Below are positions 13,622-27,493 of a DNA stretch of 64,000 nucleotides, in pieces. The stretch lies in the NCBI RefSeq assembly GCF_009914755.1, contig NC_060926.1. One strand, given 5' to 3'. Under the pieces are notes generated by a model that was not told the origin of the DNA, searched no databases, and worked only from the letters and a program-made list of their open reading frames with translations. Numbering within the stretch: the stretch's first letter is position 1; each line of letters opens with the position of its first letter. The position numbers were made by a program, and so were the translations under genes. The stretch comes from the human T2T-CHM13v2.0 reference genome, Homo sapiens.

Positions 13622-13922
13622 TTGTAATTTTCTGCCTGTGCTTTTGGTGTTCCCTTAGCCAAACCTGCTAGAAAGAGGATAGGGATTGTAAAGATTCTCA
13701 TTTGTAGAGGTAAACATTTTGGCTAATGTTGGCATTTAAGCGATTTAATCACCAATTACTGTCGCAGAAAAATGGCTCCAACTGTCAAATTTTTGTAATT
13801 TATTGAAAAAAGCTAAGATACAGGAAATTTAGGCTGTCTTGACAAAGCCAATAAAGGGTGCAGGACAAAATCATTACATACATTTCCTAGTTTCATATAC
13901 TGTATAGATATCGGACTCTCCT

Positions 13923-14050
13923 CCCTCATGGGAACATGGAGGAAGAAGGGTGCTTGCTATGGACACCTGGTGGGTAGAGGACAGAGAGGCTGCTAAAGTT
14001 CCTATAGGAATGCCCCCAAAATCGATTAAGCTGAGGTTGAGAAACCTATG
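13923..14050 (+). mobile_element. MER20 right part; the left part lies at ~10593-10633
   Basis: tggtgggtagaggacagagaggctgctaaagttccta...gctgaggttgagaaacc. Left end cagtggtcctcaac at 10593. Confidence 0.65.
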
Positions 14051-14479
14051 CTTAGACCACAATTTCACCTGGAGGCTTTTTCCATTTAACAATGCCAGGG
14101 TCCTTAGAACTTACTTGCTCCTTTGGCTCTAATTGCTTTGTTTACACTGTAAACGGCCTGAGAGGCTGGCTGGGTTTTTAGTTCTATATCTTCTGAGAGG
14201 TATTCTAGGCTTCCAATATATCCACCAAGGCTAATCACTAACTGTTTTCAGTTGTAATCATTCCAGTGTCATCCAGTGATTAAGCTCTAAGCTTTGGTAC
14301 TCCTTTTATAGTACACTTAATAAAGGATACCTGTGCTGAGTTGTAGACCCTGGGCATTGACACTAACTCATTGGAAAATATTGACTGATTATTTTCATTA
14401 TTTTTAAGGGACTATTTCCTTAACAAAGAAAGTGGAGAGAAAGGGGGTCCAGAGGAAGGTAGATGTATGATTTTGAAGA

Positions 14480-14980
14480 GATTAAGCAGGAAAATGATCA
14501 AGTCCATATTTTGTAAAACTCACTTTTCACATAGTCTAGAGGGTAAATTTACAGCAGAAAGATCGGTTACCAAGTGAATAAAACTGATATGATTGGTGGG
14601 GGTATGGAAACATATTGAGGTATAGGTATGTGGTTACATTTGAAAGATAATGAAAGGCTGGAAATGGCAGTTGAACTCGGGATTCCAGAAGTGAGATGAG
14701 CATCCAAGATTACTTTCAGGTATCTGACTTGGCCTGCCAAGTTAATACTCCAGTGATTTCTTATGAGAGGAAACTAGGAGGATGAGGCTTAAAGAACAGG
14801 GAAGAAAAATGATAAATCCAATTTTGGACATCCTGTGTTTGAGATGCCTGGGAGACACAAAGTAGACAGGTCCAATAAGTAGCTAACCATGTTACTCTGG
14901 AACTTAAAATGGGAGGCTGGGTTGGAAATAGTAACTTTGGAGACACCAGCATATAAAGAGTATTTTGACATTGCCCAGGA
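14480..14980 (-). mobile_element. L2 fragment
   Basis: ttttggacatcctgtgtttgagatgcctgggagacacaaagtagacaggtcc...tttggagacaccagcata. Confidence 0.7.
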
Positions 14981-15199
14981 ATATTCCTAGTCCCAAGAGG
15001 CTAATGGTTTTTAAGAAAGACGTGTACATAAATGATCATAGTACAAAACATGGCAAAACAGCTTGAATGGAAGTATTTTAAAAGTACCTTGGAAACACAA
15101 GGGGTTAGAAATTGGTTTGAGCTGGTATAGGAAAGAAGGAAAGTTGAGTTGGAATTCAGCAGATGGATATGGTCGTATGTATATTTCTAAAGGCTGAAA

Positions 15200-15420
15200 A
15201 GTGCAAGCCAGGCTACCTTCTTTTTAATCCAGACTCCAACACTGAAAAGCTAGGTCACCTTAGTTAAGTTACTTAACTGTGTATCTCAGTTTACTCATCG
15301 GTAAAATGAGTATGAAAAGGATTTTGAATATTTAAATGAGTTAATGCATATAAACACTCTAGAATCATACTTGGACCAATAAGAACTCAATACATACCTC
15401 TATTATTGTTATTATCATTA
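15200..15420 (+). mobile_element. MIR
   Basis: aagttacttaactgtgtatctcagtttactcatcggtaaaatgag...attaaatgagttaatgcatataaacact core. Confidence 0.75.
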
Positions 15421-15979
15421 TTAGGCAGGGGGAGTTAAATAAACTGACACATAAATGCTTCAAAATGTACACAGCAAGTTAAGGAAATAAGAAGAGGTCT
15501 ATGGACTACTTGGCAGCACTCTTCCCAGGATACAAGAGAGAAACCAGAGCTTTCAAACGGAGGAGTAGTGCCAGGCATTCTCCTTGTATGGGAGTCTTTT
15601 CAGCAATTTTGCAGCAATCCATGCAGCAAAGCATATCTATGCAAATACAAGGAGATGAGGTCCACATTGAGCAGTTGTGGGAGTTGCCCTGCTTCAAAAT
15701 TGCTTGTCTCACATGAACCCATATCAATTGTAACAACTGCAACTCTGTATGAAAGGGACATGCCCACTTACAGGAGTCACTGCATTAAGGGGGTTCCAAA
15801 GAAAGATGACACCCTCGGCATTGATTTAGGGCTTATTTTTTTTTCTCTTTCGGTGCTCTTTATATTAAAATTATACAAGATATTACTATTACTATCTGTC
15901 TAACGCCCATGTGTACAAAAACAGTTCTATACTTATGCTATTTGTTGGCTTCTCCTCTCTCCATAACTTTTATTTGTTT

Positions 15980-16430
15980 TTTAAATTTTTTATTGTGAGC
16001 TAATTATAGGAAAGGAGTAAAAATAGTACTAAATATTCCCTTGTACCCCCTGCCCCACTTCCTATAATGTTAACAATTATATAACCATAGTAATCAAGAA
16101 AATTAACACCAGTATGATATTACTATCTGAATTGCAAATCTTACTTAAATTACACCGTTTTTTATTGCATTTAGTTGTTATACCTCATTAGTCTCTTTTT
16201 ATCTGCAACAGAACTTCAATTGTTTTCTTTTCTTTCGTGACCTGACAATTGGGCAGAATACAAATCAGTTATTTTGTAGAATGCGTCTCAACTTGGGTTC
16301 ACTGAATTTTTCAGTTCACAACTAAGGAAACTAAAGCGTTATCTATGGAATTAGATACTTTGCTCAAGGTAACACAGCTGTGTGTAGCAGAGCCAGGATT
16401 TGAACTAAGATCTGTTACTCCCCAGGCCAG
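15980..16430 (-). mobile_element. L1MC-type 3' fragment followed by a MIR fragment
   Basis: cagttattttgtagaatgcgtctcaacttgggtt (L1MC); gaggaaact-like...gagccaggatttgaact (MIR). Confidence 0.6.
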
Positions 16431-17959
16431 TATAGAAAAAAAAAGATAACATTAGAGGAAGGATGTTTTAAAACTTTAAAATGCAGAAATACATGGCTTA
16501 GAGTATGTACCTGTTGCAAAGGTCTTGGCATCTGAATTTTTATCGATGACTCATTTGGCTTTATTCAGCAGACTTGAGTTTAGAAATTCAATCAGTGAGT
16601 AGTTTATCTGGTAAACTGTCCTTGTAATTAAATAAAACAATCCCCAGGAAGTTAATTGAAAAAAGCCTGCCCATCAGGAACACCTAGAAGCCACGCTTTG
16701 TTGGTCTGTTTAAGCCAAATTTCTGGCACACTGCTCTTCGGAAATCAAATTTAAAATGACAGGTAAGTTGGTCTTAACTTTCTTAAAGGCACAAACAAGT
16801 AATAGCTGACTCTCTGATATATAATGTATCACAGAAAAGGCTGATTTCACATGTAGTGGCCTTTTATCAACAGCAACATAATTTGGGAATTTCTAAATTT
16901 TTAATTTAGATCTTACTTTAAGATATGAAAAAATAGGAGGAGGGAGGGGAAGCTAAATGCCTGGGGAAAGACATGCATGTTCTTAGAATTTTGTTAGAAT
17001 GTAATGAGTCCCTATGTCCTAGTATTTTTATAGACTCCCTCTGTTAACTATAATGAATTTAGGAAGGTGGGTGAGAAGGTGTTTTATTCTCTTTCACCCC
17101 AATAAATGATATCAAGCATCTATATTTAAATTAACAAAAACTGGAGTCCCTGGCACCTGAACAAGTGCTTGCTCAAACAGTATTTGTTAATTACTTGTAA
17201 ATGTAGCACTTCAAGGAGGAGAGTTAATAGTATAAAGGTTACCTTAAAATCAGACTTTTAAATTAAATAACTTCTATGTAATAATATGGTGGAAAATAAA
17301 ATAGATGAGAACCTTAGTGTAGAATATGGAATTTCTCCTGACATTTCTCTTTGAAATTTAATTCTACTATCTAGAGAGGTAGCATATTGTAGGAAATTAT
17401 AAGTCCAAATGTTGGCTTTACCACTCTTGTATGAACCTGAGTAAATGATTTAACCTCAGGAACTATGTCTCCTATTTCACTGGTGAGGAAGTTACACGGG
17501 TAGTCTGTTAGAAAGAGGGGATGAAGTAAGGCAGGACAAGCACCTGGCTAGGGTTTACTCTACAGTATTACAGCTTGAAAACAAAGAAAAGAGAAAACAA
17601 ATGGGAAACCAGTCTCCTTAATGAAAATGAGTGAAGACAAAAGCCTCAAATAACACATCTTGGGAAGAATGTACTCAGAAATTTTATAATTTATAATTAT
17701 CTGAGAAATATAATCTATAATTTATATCGACTATTTGACATGGGTTTTCTTTCAAAACATGCCATTTTAACATTGACGTATCTATTACTTGAAGGTCAAG
17801 TACAAGTGCATTTTACCAAATAGTGTTTCCACATTGATTGCAAAACTACTTTTCACTCAGTTTTACTTTCTCAACTACTACTACTGATTCTTGGTTTTTG
17901 AATTTTTTAAAAATCAGGCTTCTAATCGTTAAGACTTAGTCCTCTAATCATATCACAAC

Positions 17960-18029
17960 GTTTTCTTTCTTTCTCTTTCTTTTTGTCTTTCTTTCTTTCT
18001 TTTCCTTCCTTCCCTCTCTCCTTTCTTTT

Positions 18030-18085
<56 letters not shown>

Positions 18086-18402
18086 TCCTTCTTTCTTTTT
18101 CTTTCTCTTCTTTCTTTTTTGATAGTGTATTTCTGTGTCACCCAGGCTGTAGTGCAGTAGTGCATTGACAGCTCACTGCAGCCTCCACCTCTGGGATTCA
18201 AGTGACCCTCCCACCTCAGCCTCTCAAGTAGCTAGGACTGCAGGCAGGCGCCACAACACCCGGCTAAGTTTTGTCTATTTTTTATAGAAATGGGGTCTTA
18301 CTATGTTGCCCCGGCTGGTCTTGAACTCCTGGGCTCAAGTGATCCACCCACCTCAGCCTCCCAAAGTGCTGGGATTGCAGGCATGAGCCGTCCTGCCTGG
18401 CT
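17960..18402 (-). mobile_element. AluJ with an expanded (TTTC)n/pyrimidine tail (17960-18120)
   Basis: Reverse Alu body at 18121-18402, preceded by ~160 bp of (CTTT)n-rich sequence. Confidence 0.9.
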
Positions 18403-21096
18403 TTGAAGTTTATTTCTTCATGTACAAATATATGCCAAGAATATGGTAGCTGTGTATTTATTCTATATTTTATTTTTATAACTGCATTTCTTTGTATTAT
18501 TATGTGCATTGATATACTAAAGTATTTTCTAAAGAACTATTTCCTTTGGAAATATCTCTTAATTGACCTTACCTTTTTAGAAGAAAAGTTGAAAACTGGG
18601 CTGGGGAACAAATGGAAAATAAGATGCTTTTAACTATCATGTATGTAATAGAGTGACATTTGTCAAGCAAATGGAAATTTCACATTCAAGAATAACTTAG
18701 ACATATCTATATAATGACATGGTGAGTTACACTGGTTTATAATTTTCACAGCTCTTTCACATATAGCAATGCTCTAAAATATAAACTGCAAAGATTCCTT
18801 TCATTTTTCTTACCAAAGGTGACATTGAGATTTACAAAGTTTGGTGCTTGTTACCAAGTCATGTTTAAGGAAACATTGAAGCTATGACCAGAAGTCAGGC
18901 TTTGAGCTTTGAGTTCAGTGGCTTCTCCCACTTTATACCGTCTAAGAAAAGTTAATTTGATAGAAGACAATGAAAGAATTGGCAACAATAGACCTGCAGA
19001 TGTTTTAAAAGGCACTAGTTTAGCCAATATGCCTAAATATGTACATGGGTCTCTTTAAGACTCCACAAAGAGACACTGCTAAGAGTTACTGGAAACAAAC
19101 TACAGCTGCTCTGTGAATAAATTCTTAGTTCACAGTTGCTGTGGGAAAAAATGAAAGATCCAATTACAAAGTCTGGGAGATTTCCTATAATTAGTTGCTA
19201 TTATATTACTTTTGCTATGACACAGTACAGAAGAAAGGAAAAAGGAAGAGGAATTGCTGTTTCATTTCTTTATTATTTTCTTAATTGCTTTTTTACTAAC
19301 AGCCTGTGTCTCAAGGAAGCCAAGCCATATTCATTTCATCAATAACATTAATCTGTCATTTCATTCAGGAAATACAAGAAAGGTTTCGGTTTTAACCTTA
19401 AGAATACTAGGATATTCTGATCTCTCTTATATTGTTTTGTAAGCATACTTGCAGAATAATGTCAATACATAGGGAGGGTTGCAGACTTGTGTTTCTGCAT
19501 GTGTGGCATAAATGTTTGTCAAAATAATAACTATGTGATTATTATGTATACTATGTTGTTCCCAAGTCTTGTCCTGATTATATTATACCTTATATTTGAG
19601 AAATTATGATGCCCTATAAATAGAGAAAAGCGCACAAACACATCAGCACGTATGTATAGACTATATAATACTAATAATATATTGCATTTACTTTAAAATC
19701 GTTTAGAATCTTTGGGCTATTTAAAGTTTGTACAAAAAACACAAATGACTTCAATCAGTAATAGAACCAATCTAGTCAATGAATGCCATATGGAGATGTC
19801 CCTGTTTGGTCACTTTTTGACACTGCAGGCCAGTCATGACCCCTTCAATGTGCCAATGGTCAACTACTGCAGTTAGCTTTCCTGCCTTTCCTTAAGGTGA
19901 TAATATCTATAGGACCAAGTTTTCCATCCTTATAATTAAGTGTTACAAACATTATGGCTTTAATTATAGTGTGGCTTAAACTGTTTTTTAAAGATTAAAC
20001 CATTAGAGTCAGAGAAAATTTTCTACCTCACGTTTAGAATAGAGTCTCCAATTATTTTTGATCATCACCCTTACCAGCTCAATAATAGCAATACCAATAA
20101 TAATAAAAGATCTCCCAATAAATGAATTTATATGCTTGCTAAATTATAAACAATCTACACATGCAGTGTAAAACATATGCATTTAAAAATATACACAAAA
20201 TTGAAACTATTTTTTATTTTATCATTATTTTTTAAATCTATCATTACCTTGATCTTGAATAAAATTGAAACTTTTAAAGATAAGAATGAAGACAAAGCTC
20301 TTCCAGCATTGTTCTTAGGTGTGCATATTCAACTTTGGAAACCACAGATTATGCCCTTTGCATACATCCACCACCAAAGCTTCCCTGGAGAACTCAGGCA
20401 AACATGTCCCTGTCCATCCCTACCTTCATGCTGCAAAAACGTTTTTAGCACATAGAGTGCATTGAGTTTTAAAACTAGCATTCTTTCAACATCAGATTAA
20501 TTGAAATGTCTTCTCTTGCATAACATCTTTCTAGAGCCTGTAAAATTAACTAAATAATGTAGTGCAGGTAAAAAGTCTTATTCATATGAAATAATTACAC
20601 TAATTTTCTTGGTGAGGTGAAAAAAGAGCACCGATTTTTTTGTCATATACTTTGCTTGTTTTATAGGAAAAAAATTATAGATTTGTGATAACCTATTTAG
20701 AATTCTAATCAATGTTTTATTTCAAAAAGAAAACAGAAGTAAAGGCTTCACATATAAAAACCCAAAGCTTTTAGGAGACTTTACATATGTTGATATTTTA
20801 TAGAACTAGGAATGCTTGTATTTTCAAAATAGAAGTTTTTGATTGATACAAAATACTAGATTACTTTTCTGGGAAAAAGAAAAAAATTAAATAAAATATT
20901 TATTTTATTTCAAGAGTGATTCTATACATCATCTCAAAGTCAAGCAAGAGGGAACCTTTGGTTTGAGGACTATAGGATGGTATTAAGAACTATGAGAAAG
21001 AACCTGATTTGAATTGCAGTTCTGTTTTTTTCTTGTTGCATGTGATAACATGTCTTTACTTCTCTAAACCACGGTTTCCTCATTGAAAAAGTGGAA

Positions 21097-21302
21097 GGCC
21101 AGGTGTGATGGCTCATGCCTATAATCCCAGCACTTTGGGAGGCCGAGGGGAGTGGATCTCAGCTACTCAAGAGGCTGAGACAGGATGTTTGCTTGAGCCC
21201 CTGGGGATGGAGGTTGCAGTGAACTGTGACTGTGCCACTGCACTCAGCCTGGGAGACAGAGTGAGATTGTGTTTCAAAAAAAGAAAAGAAAAGAAAAGAA
21301 AA
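21097..21302 (+). mobile_element. Internally deleted AluJ inserted in a MIR
   Basis: Left-arm start joins the right arm at ggatc/tcagctact. TSD gaaaaagtgga at 21085-21095 and 21303-21313. MIR sequence on both sides. Confidence 0.85.
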
Positions 21303-24300
21303 GAAAAAGTGGAGATAGCAATTATCCCCATCTTCATTATATTATTGTGTGCATTACAATAGATAATGTACAAATCATTTTATGTAGATGCTTTATAATG
21401 TAAAGTGAGTAGAGGGGCAAAGCACAAGAACCACTCAATACATATTAAATCTCAAAATGCTAAGTGTCAATTCTTTACTTGTGAGATAACAGATTAGGAT
21501 CATGGAGAATTATCTAAAAGTACATATGCCTTTCTATGGAGAAATGCTAAGTCTTTTTACAGGAATCCAAACTTTGCTTTAGTTACAGTAACATCATATT
21601 CCAATCAACTAAACTAAACTAGCACAGACAAAAAGAAAAGTACTTAATTGAAAAATTATTGATCACATCACATTACTTAGAATAAATGAAGTATAAGGTT
21701 AAAAGTATATCAAAATATGACATTAATAATACTAAAAAGCCTTATAAAGTTAAAAATATATCAAAATATGACATTAATAATAAGGCTTTTTATTATCTAT
21801 TATTTCATTTGAAGCTGATAATAGCACTACTAAAAAAGATACCATTAACTATCACCTGGGAGTCAACATGAATATGAAATATGAGAAACCACAAAGAAAA
21901 GCCTTTGATGAAACAGCATCTTACGAAACTAAGGACTTGTAATTTGTACATTCGCTTAGAAAATAGTCCTTCAAGTCATCCGCCATTAGAATTGTTTAAC
22001 CTTGCAAGAGTACTGGGCTTGGTCAAAAGAAACTCAGCTCTATAAATCATCATTATACTAGCAATTCATCAGCATGTTAGATCTTGTGTAAAAGGCACAA
22101 TGAAATTTCCTGCTGCTATGATTTTTCTCCCCACAACAAATAATCTAATTTGTTTTGAAGCTCCTTTTAGTGATCCTTTTCATGTCTCTTTTCTGGAAAG
22201 CCACCTACAATCCTTTGTGCAAACAGGGAAAGAAAAAACAATCAAGATACCAAACTAAGAGGTGGAAATTTCCATCACTGACATCATAGCTGTATGATTA
22301 GATGAGAAAACCCAAAATATGTGGGAGGAGAAGGCCATGAAACATAAAATCCTCTGCCCCTGATGTGAAGCAGCAGTGTAAGACAGAAAGCATTTGAATC
22401 ATGTCCTTTGTTATCTTTGCCAGAAGCTTTTTCTCGAGGAACTAAATGGAAGCTTTGACTACATTTCAGACCTCATGAAAGAAATAAATTAGATTTGAGC
22501 TGATTTTATTGTGAATATACCCCAATTACTCCAGGAGTTAAAATATTACAGCCTGTGTATAAGATGGGTATCTAGTGGCTTCAGTAGAGTCTTTAACTAT
22601 CATCCATGTGGAAGGGTAGCAAAAAAATGACTGCTATATAATGCCCTGAATGAATGAATCAATCAATGAATCAAGACATATATATCTTGATTATGTGGTA
22701 CTCAATGTTCTTTCACAGAATCTCTATTTTTAGGATTTCTTCAGGACATCATGACAAAATTAGTACTGAATTGTGGTGTGCATAACTTAGAAAAAAATAT
22801 GCATAAAGCAGCTACCCTGTGCTACAAATGTAATTTTTTCTATAACAATTAGAACATGTTATTATCCTCATTTTAATTCATGGAGAGTTACAGATGTTCA
22901 TTTGAGATAGATCAGGAGTGGGCAGAGGCAGGTTTTAAGCTTATATCCGCCTCTTTTGAAAACTTTCACCACGTTGAGGTCAGTATGCTCTTGAAAAAAA
23001 GTAACAAAAAAAAGTAGGGAAAAGGGGTTTATTGATTGATATAAAACTAAGTTCCAGAAAAACAATCTAGGCATTTCAAATTAATAGAGGACAAAACAAA
23101 CAAACATACAAACAAAAACAGATATAATTGCCAGAAAATCCTGTTGAAGATGAAGGTATTTATTGCTTTCCTTCTTCCTGAGCTCCTGATGTTGTAAGTT
23201 GTCATCATTAGTAATGAAGATGGTATCGCTGGTTATATTTTCCGCTACTACTACCTCCTCCCCAAATAAAATAAACGGGGCCTATGCTATATCTTTTTAT
23301 TTTCATCCCAAGAGAATATCTTCTAACGATAGAAGTTTATCATGTTAGGAAGAAAGCAACTGTTTAAACATGGGCATTACACATTACACTTTCCAATATT
23401 ACTGAAAAACAACTGAATCTAGCTTCCTCCCTGAATTTGGGAGTATTCTGCACTAAAATGGCTACTAAATTTTGTCATCTGCCTTGAAACAACAAAGATG
23501 GAGAAGAATACCTTACTGAAATATGAATAAGGAATGTCTCATTCTCCTGCTCCTCTGGGCTTTTGAGTAACCTGTGCTGCTGTGGGAGGTAATTTGTATT
23601 ACCACTTCGTGAAAAGAGTAAACAAGCAAGAAAACAAGAGTCAGTGATGCCCTACCACTATCCCCTTTCCCCTGCCTTAATCAATTTCTCAAAAAGACCA
23701 TAGGCCATAAAAATTGAATAGATCATCACAAAAGTCTTCTCATTATTTAGGTCTAACTAAATTCCAAATGCAATAGCAAAGATCATAGTATTATCATGAA
23801 ACTTTTCTTCTCCCTCATTAGTGAACCTGTTGTAACTTGGCATTTCTCATACTTGTCTTGGAAAAGCCTGAATACCTTTTATTTATCTCAGCAAAGTAAG
23901 ATTTTAATATTTTAAAACAACTCAATACTGTCCAGTAGAAAATGTATTAAACTTCTTAAAGTACATAATACTTGAGCCGTCAAAGACACACAGATGGGCC
24001 TCTAGGGGCATTTCTCCTAATAAATGTGAGATGCTCTGCTCAAGCTGGGAAAAAATATGTATCTCCTGTTTGTGAAAGATATGGTTCAGCTGCTACCCTG
24101 ACAACAAAACCAAGCACATTAGTGACCTAAGGGACTGCAGAGATACCTGCTATTGTTTGACACCAAAAGGAATTGGAAACTTACTAAATATGGAGCAGGT
24201 GCAGAGAAACCTATCATTGTTCTCTCTAAAGCGTGGGTTCAGGTGGGAATCAAGCTCATTGAAAAGTATATGATATATAAAAGTACATAATAAAGTATGT

Positions 24301-25402
24301 AATTTGTGATAGTAGGTGAAAAGCCAGGAGAGGAACATCAGAAAGACACAAAAATACAGAAAAACAGACATTTGCACAATAGTTTTGAGAAAAGCATTTA
24401 AATTGTTTGAACCTCACACTAGACAGAACTCTGAAGAGATGGATATTTCAAATGAAAAAATAAAATAGGGAATTGGGACTGGGAGTGAGTCATCCATGTG
24501 TCTGTCCCATTTCTCCACATCAATTTGCTGACATCTGCCTTGTCCACTTTTTAAAATATTTTTAGTTATTACAGTGATGCTGAACTAATAAGAATGGTGT
24601 TTAGAGAGAACATAAGAAGAGTAAATTTGAGAGTCTGTCTAAAATCTTTAGGCACTGGTCCATCACTCTTGCCGTCTTTATAGCCCATTCCTCTCTCTCT
24701 TTCTTCTTATTCTCCTTTGGGATCTTTTATTTTTTTGAGTATTCTGTTGTTTCCAATTACACCTACAACTTCTGGCAAAAAATATAAAATACTTTAATAG
24801 GACATCAAGTAATTATTTCAGAATACAGATGAAAATAATTTCATAGCATTGTCCTAAATCCAGAGGGTTCATGAATCATTGCTCTTAGAAAGCTCTTGAC
24901 ACCCAGGGGATAGGTTTTCATGCAGAAAATCACCCTGGGAGATCAACATGCCTAGTGGTTGATGTACCTCATGTACAAGATGTGTTTGTTTCTCCTGACT
25001 TAGTAAAGAGCTATTTAAGTGGACCCCTGGTTGGGGAGGAAAGCCTTGAGTTCTGTGCTATTTAGAATGCCTCTCAACTAAATGCTTTGTAATTAACTAA
25101 TTAATGTTCACAACACACCTGTGGCATTGCTGCTACTATTCCATCATTTTTCCTGAGTAATAAACACATTAAGACTTTATATGAAGTAATCAATAAATGA
25201 TGACACGGAAAACAAATCCAGGAAGTGTCTAAATTACCTGGAATTCACTGGTAGCCAATCGTAACCCAGCCCCATTCTTCACAGGCATTTAAAGTTCATG
25301 CCACAGAATTTAAAGAGGCTGTTACACTCTGATCTAGAACTTGTATAATAAGGTCATGAAGAGACAAAGGAGGATAAATATTTAAAAAAAAACACATAGG
25401 AT

Positions 25403-25455
25403 CGGAGTGCCAGATAAAATACATGGTGTCTAGTCATATTTGAATTCCAGATAAG
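25403..25455. mobile_element. MER53-like hAT MITE end fragment
   Basis: gagtgccagataaaatacatggtgtctagtcatatttgaattccagataa. Confidence 0.55.
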
Positions 25456-26323
25456 TCCAGGACCTACATAGGAAATTGGCAACTTTTCACAGGCATGTTC
25501 CAGAAGGACCAAACCTTTTTCCTATGGCAAGATGGTAGGTTCTTCCAGCTTCTCTGCTAACAATCTGTGGCTCCAGAGAGGAAGAGGCAAGAGGATGCCA
25601 GGTAGCATGTAACTCATGAGCCAATGAAAATTAGTTAATATACCACCTTAGCACATGTGTAACGGTTTGTTGATTATCATGTACATTTTTCCTACAAACT
25701 AAGAATAGAAAGTCTTCCAACATTAAAAAAAAAAAATGACAAGTAGCTATTTTCCAGCCTAGATATGCCCCTCAAGTTCCACAAACTCTAATTTTTCATA
25801 TACTCTTATTTTAACCCGCTCATTTAAATGATTGCCAGTCAGTAGCCAGTGCTAGTAATAAAAAGTACCATTTACTCCCTGGGAACTCAGAATAGAGTAA
25901 CATCTAATCAACAAGGGCTATTGATTATACTTTCTAAATCAACCCTAAACCCTTTCCCTTTGCTTTTTCTCTTTATCTTTTATCTGTACTATCACAATGG
26001 TCTCCAAGTCTCTAGGTTTCCACTCTCATTTTGTCTTATCCACAGAATATATAGTACTGTCAGAGTGGTAATTAAAAATTGATCACATCTCTCTTCTGTT
26101 AAAAAATCATCAGTGGCTTCTCAATAGCTTATGGGATTAACCCACAAGGGCCTGTCCTAAGTGGTCCCAGCCCAATTTCCTGATACTCATTCCCACCCAC
26201 CTATCTAGGACTCAAGATCCTAGATAGGTGGCTATGCTCCAATAGGGCATTTTAATTCTTCCCTCAGGAGCCAGTCCAAGAGTTTTAAACCTACAACTAC
26301 TTTTCTTAAACCTCCAAAGTAGT

Positions 26324-26640
26324 GGCCGGGTGCAGTGGCTCACGTCTGTAATCCCAACACTTTGGGAGGCAGAGGTGGGCAGATCACTTGAGGTCGGAAG
26401 TTCAAGACCAGCCTGACCAACATGGAGAAACTCCATCTCTACTAAAAAAAATACAAAATTAGCCGGGCGTGGTGGCGCGTGCTTATAATCCCGGCTCCTC
26501 GGAAGGCTGAGGCAGGAGAATCGCTTGAACCCAGGAGCGGAGATTGCGGTGAGCCGAGATCACGCCATTGCACTTCAGGATGGGCAACAAGAGCAAAACT
26601 CCGTCAAAACAAACAAACAAACAAACAAACAAACAAAAAA
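26324..26640 (+). mobile_element. AluSp-like with (AAAC)n tail
   Basis: Full dimer; cctgaccaacatggagaaac and gggcaacaagagc diagnostics. Confidence 0.92.
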
Positions 26641-27142
26641 CTCCTCTCATCATGATTTGACATAATCACCCTCCCCCAAGCTGTGACCATCTTATTCATC
26701 TTTCTACTCCCATATTTAGCCCAATGGGGTACATAGAAGGTAATCAATAAATACTTATTCAGTTGTATACACTCTTTCTCTATTCCTTACTTTAAAAAGA
26801 AGGAAACAGAAAAAGTGAGAAAGAGTTCAAAATGTAAGGAACCAATGAAAGAAAAAGAAAAAAGTCACAAAGTTATGTAATGAGTTCTTTTTACTGTTGT
26901 ATTTGTTATCATTTTCTAAATAGTCTCATTTTATTTATTTCAATTTATGCATTGAACCATATGTTTTACTAATCTACTGTGTACTTCCACTTCATTTTGC
27001 AATTTAGGAGTATTTCAATGGTCAGAGAAAATGAAAGTACTGTTAATTCTGAAAATTAGAATCTCTCTACAAACTTTTAAATTAGGTCACAATATTCCTA
27101 AAAACCCTAAGTAGACTATAAGGGCAATGCATTATAAGGCTA

Positions 27143-27493
<351 letters not shown>

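Noticed and set aside
16760-16768. Perfect plus-strand donor CAG|GTAAGT, suggesting an antisense exon
   Set aside because: A single 9-mer is expected by chance about once in a window this size, and there is no convincing upstream acceptor.
17953-18201. KKER-repeat and FLSF-repeat ORFs
   Set aside because: Translation of an Alu (TTTC)n tail.
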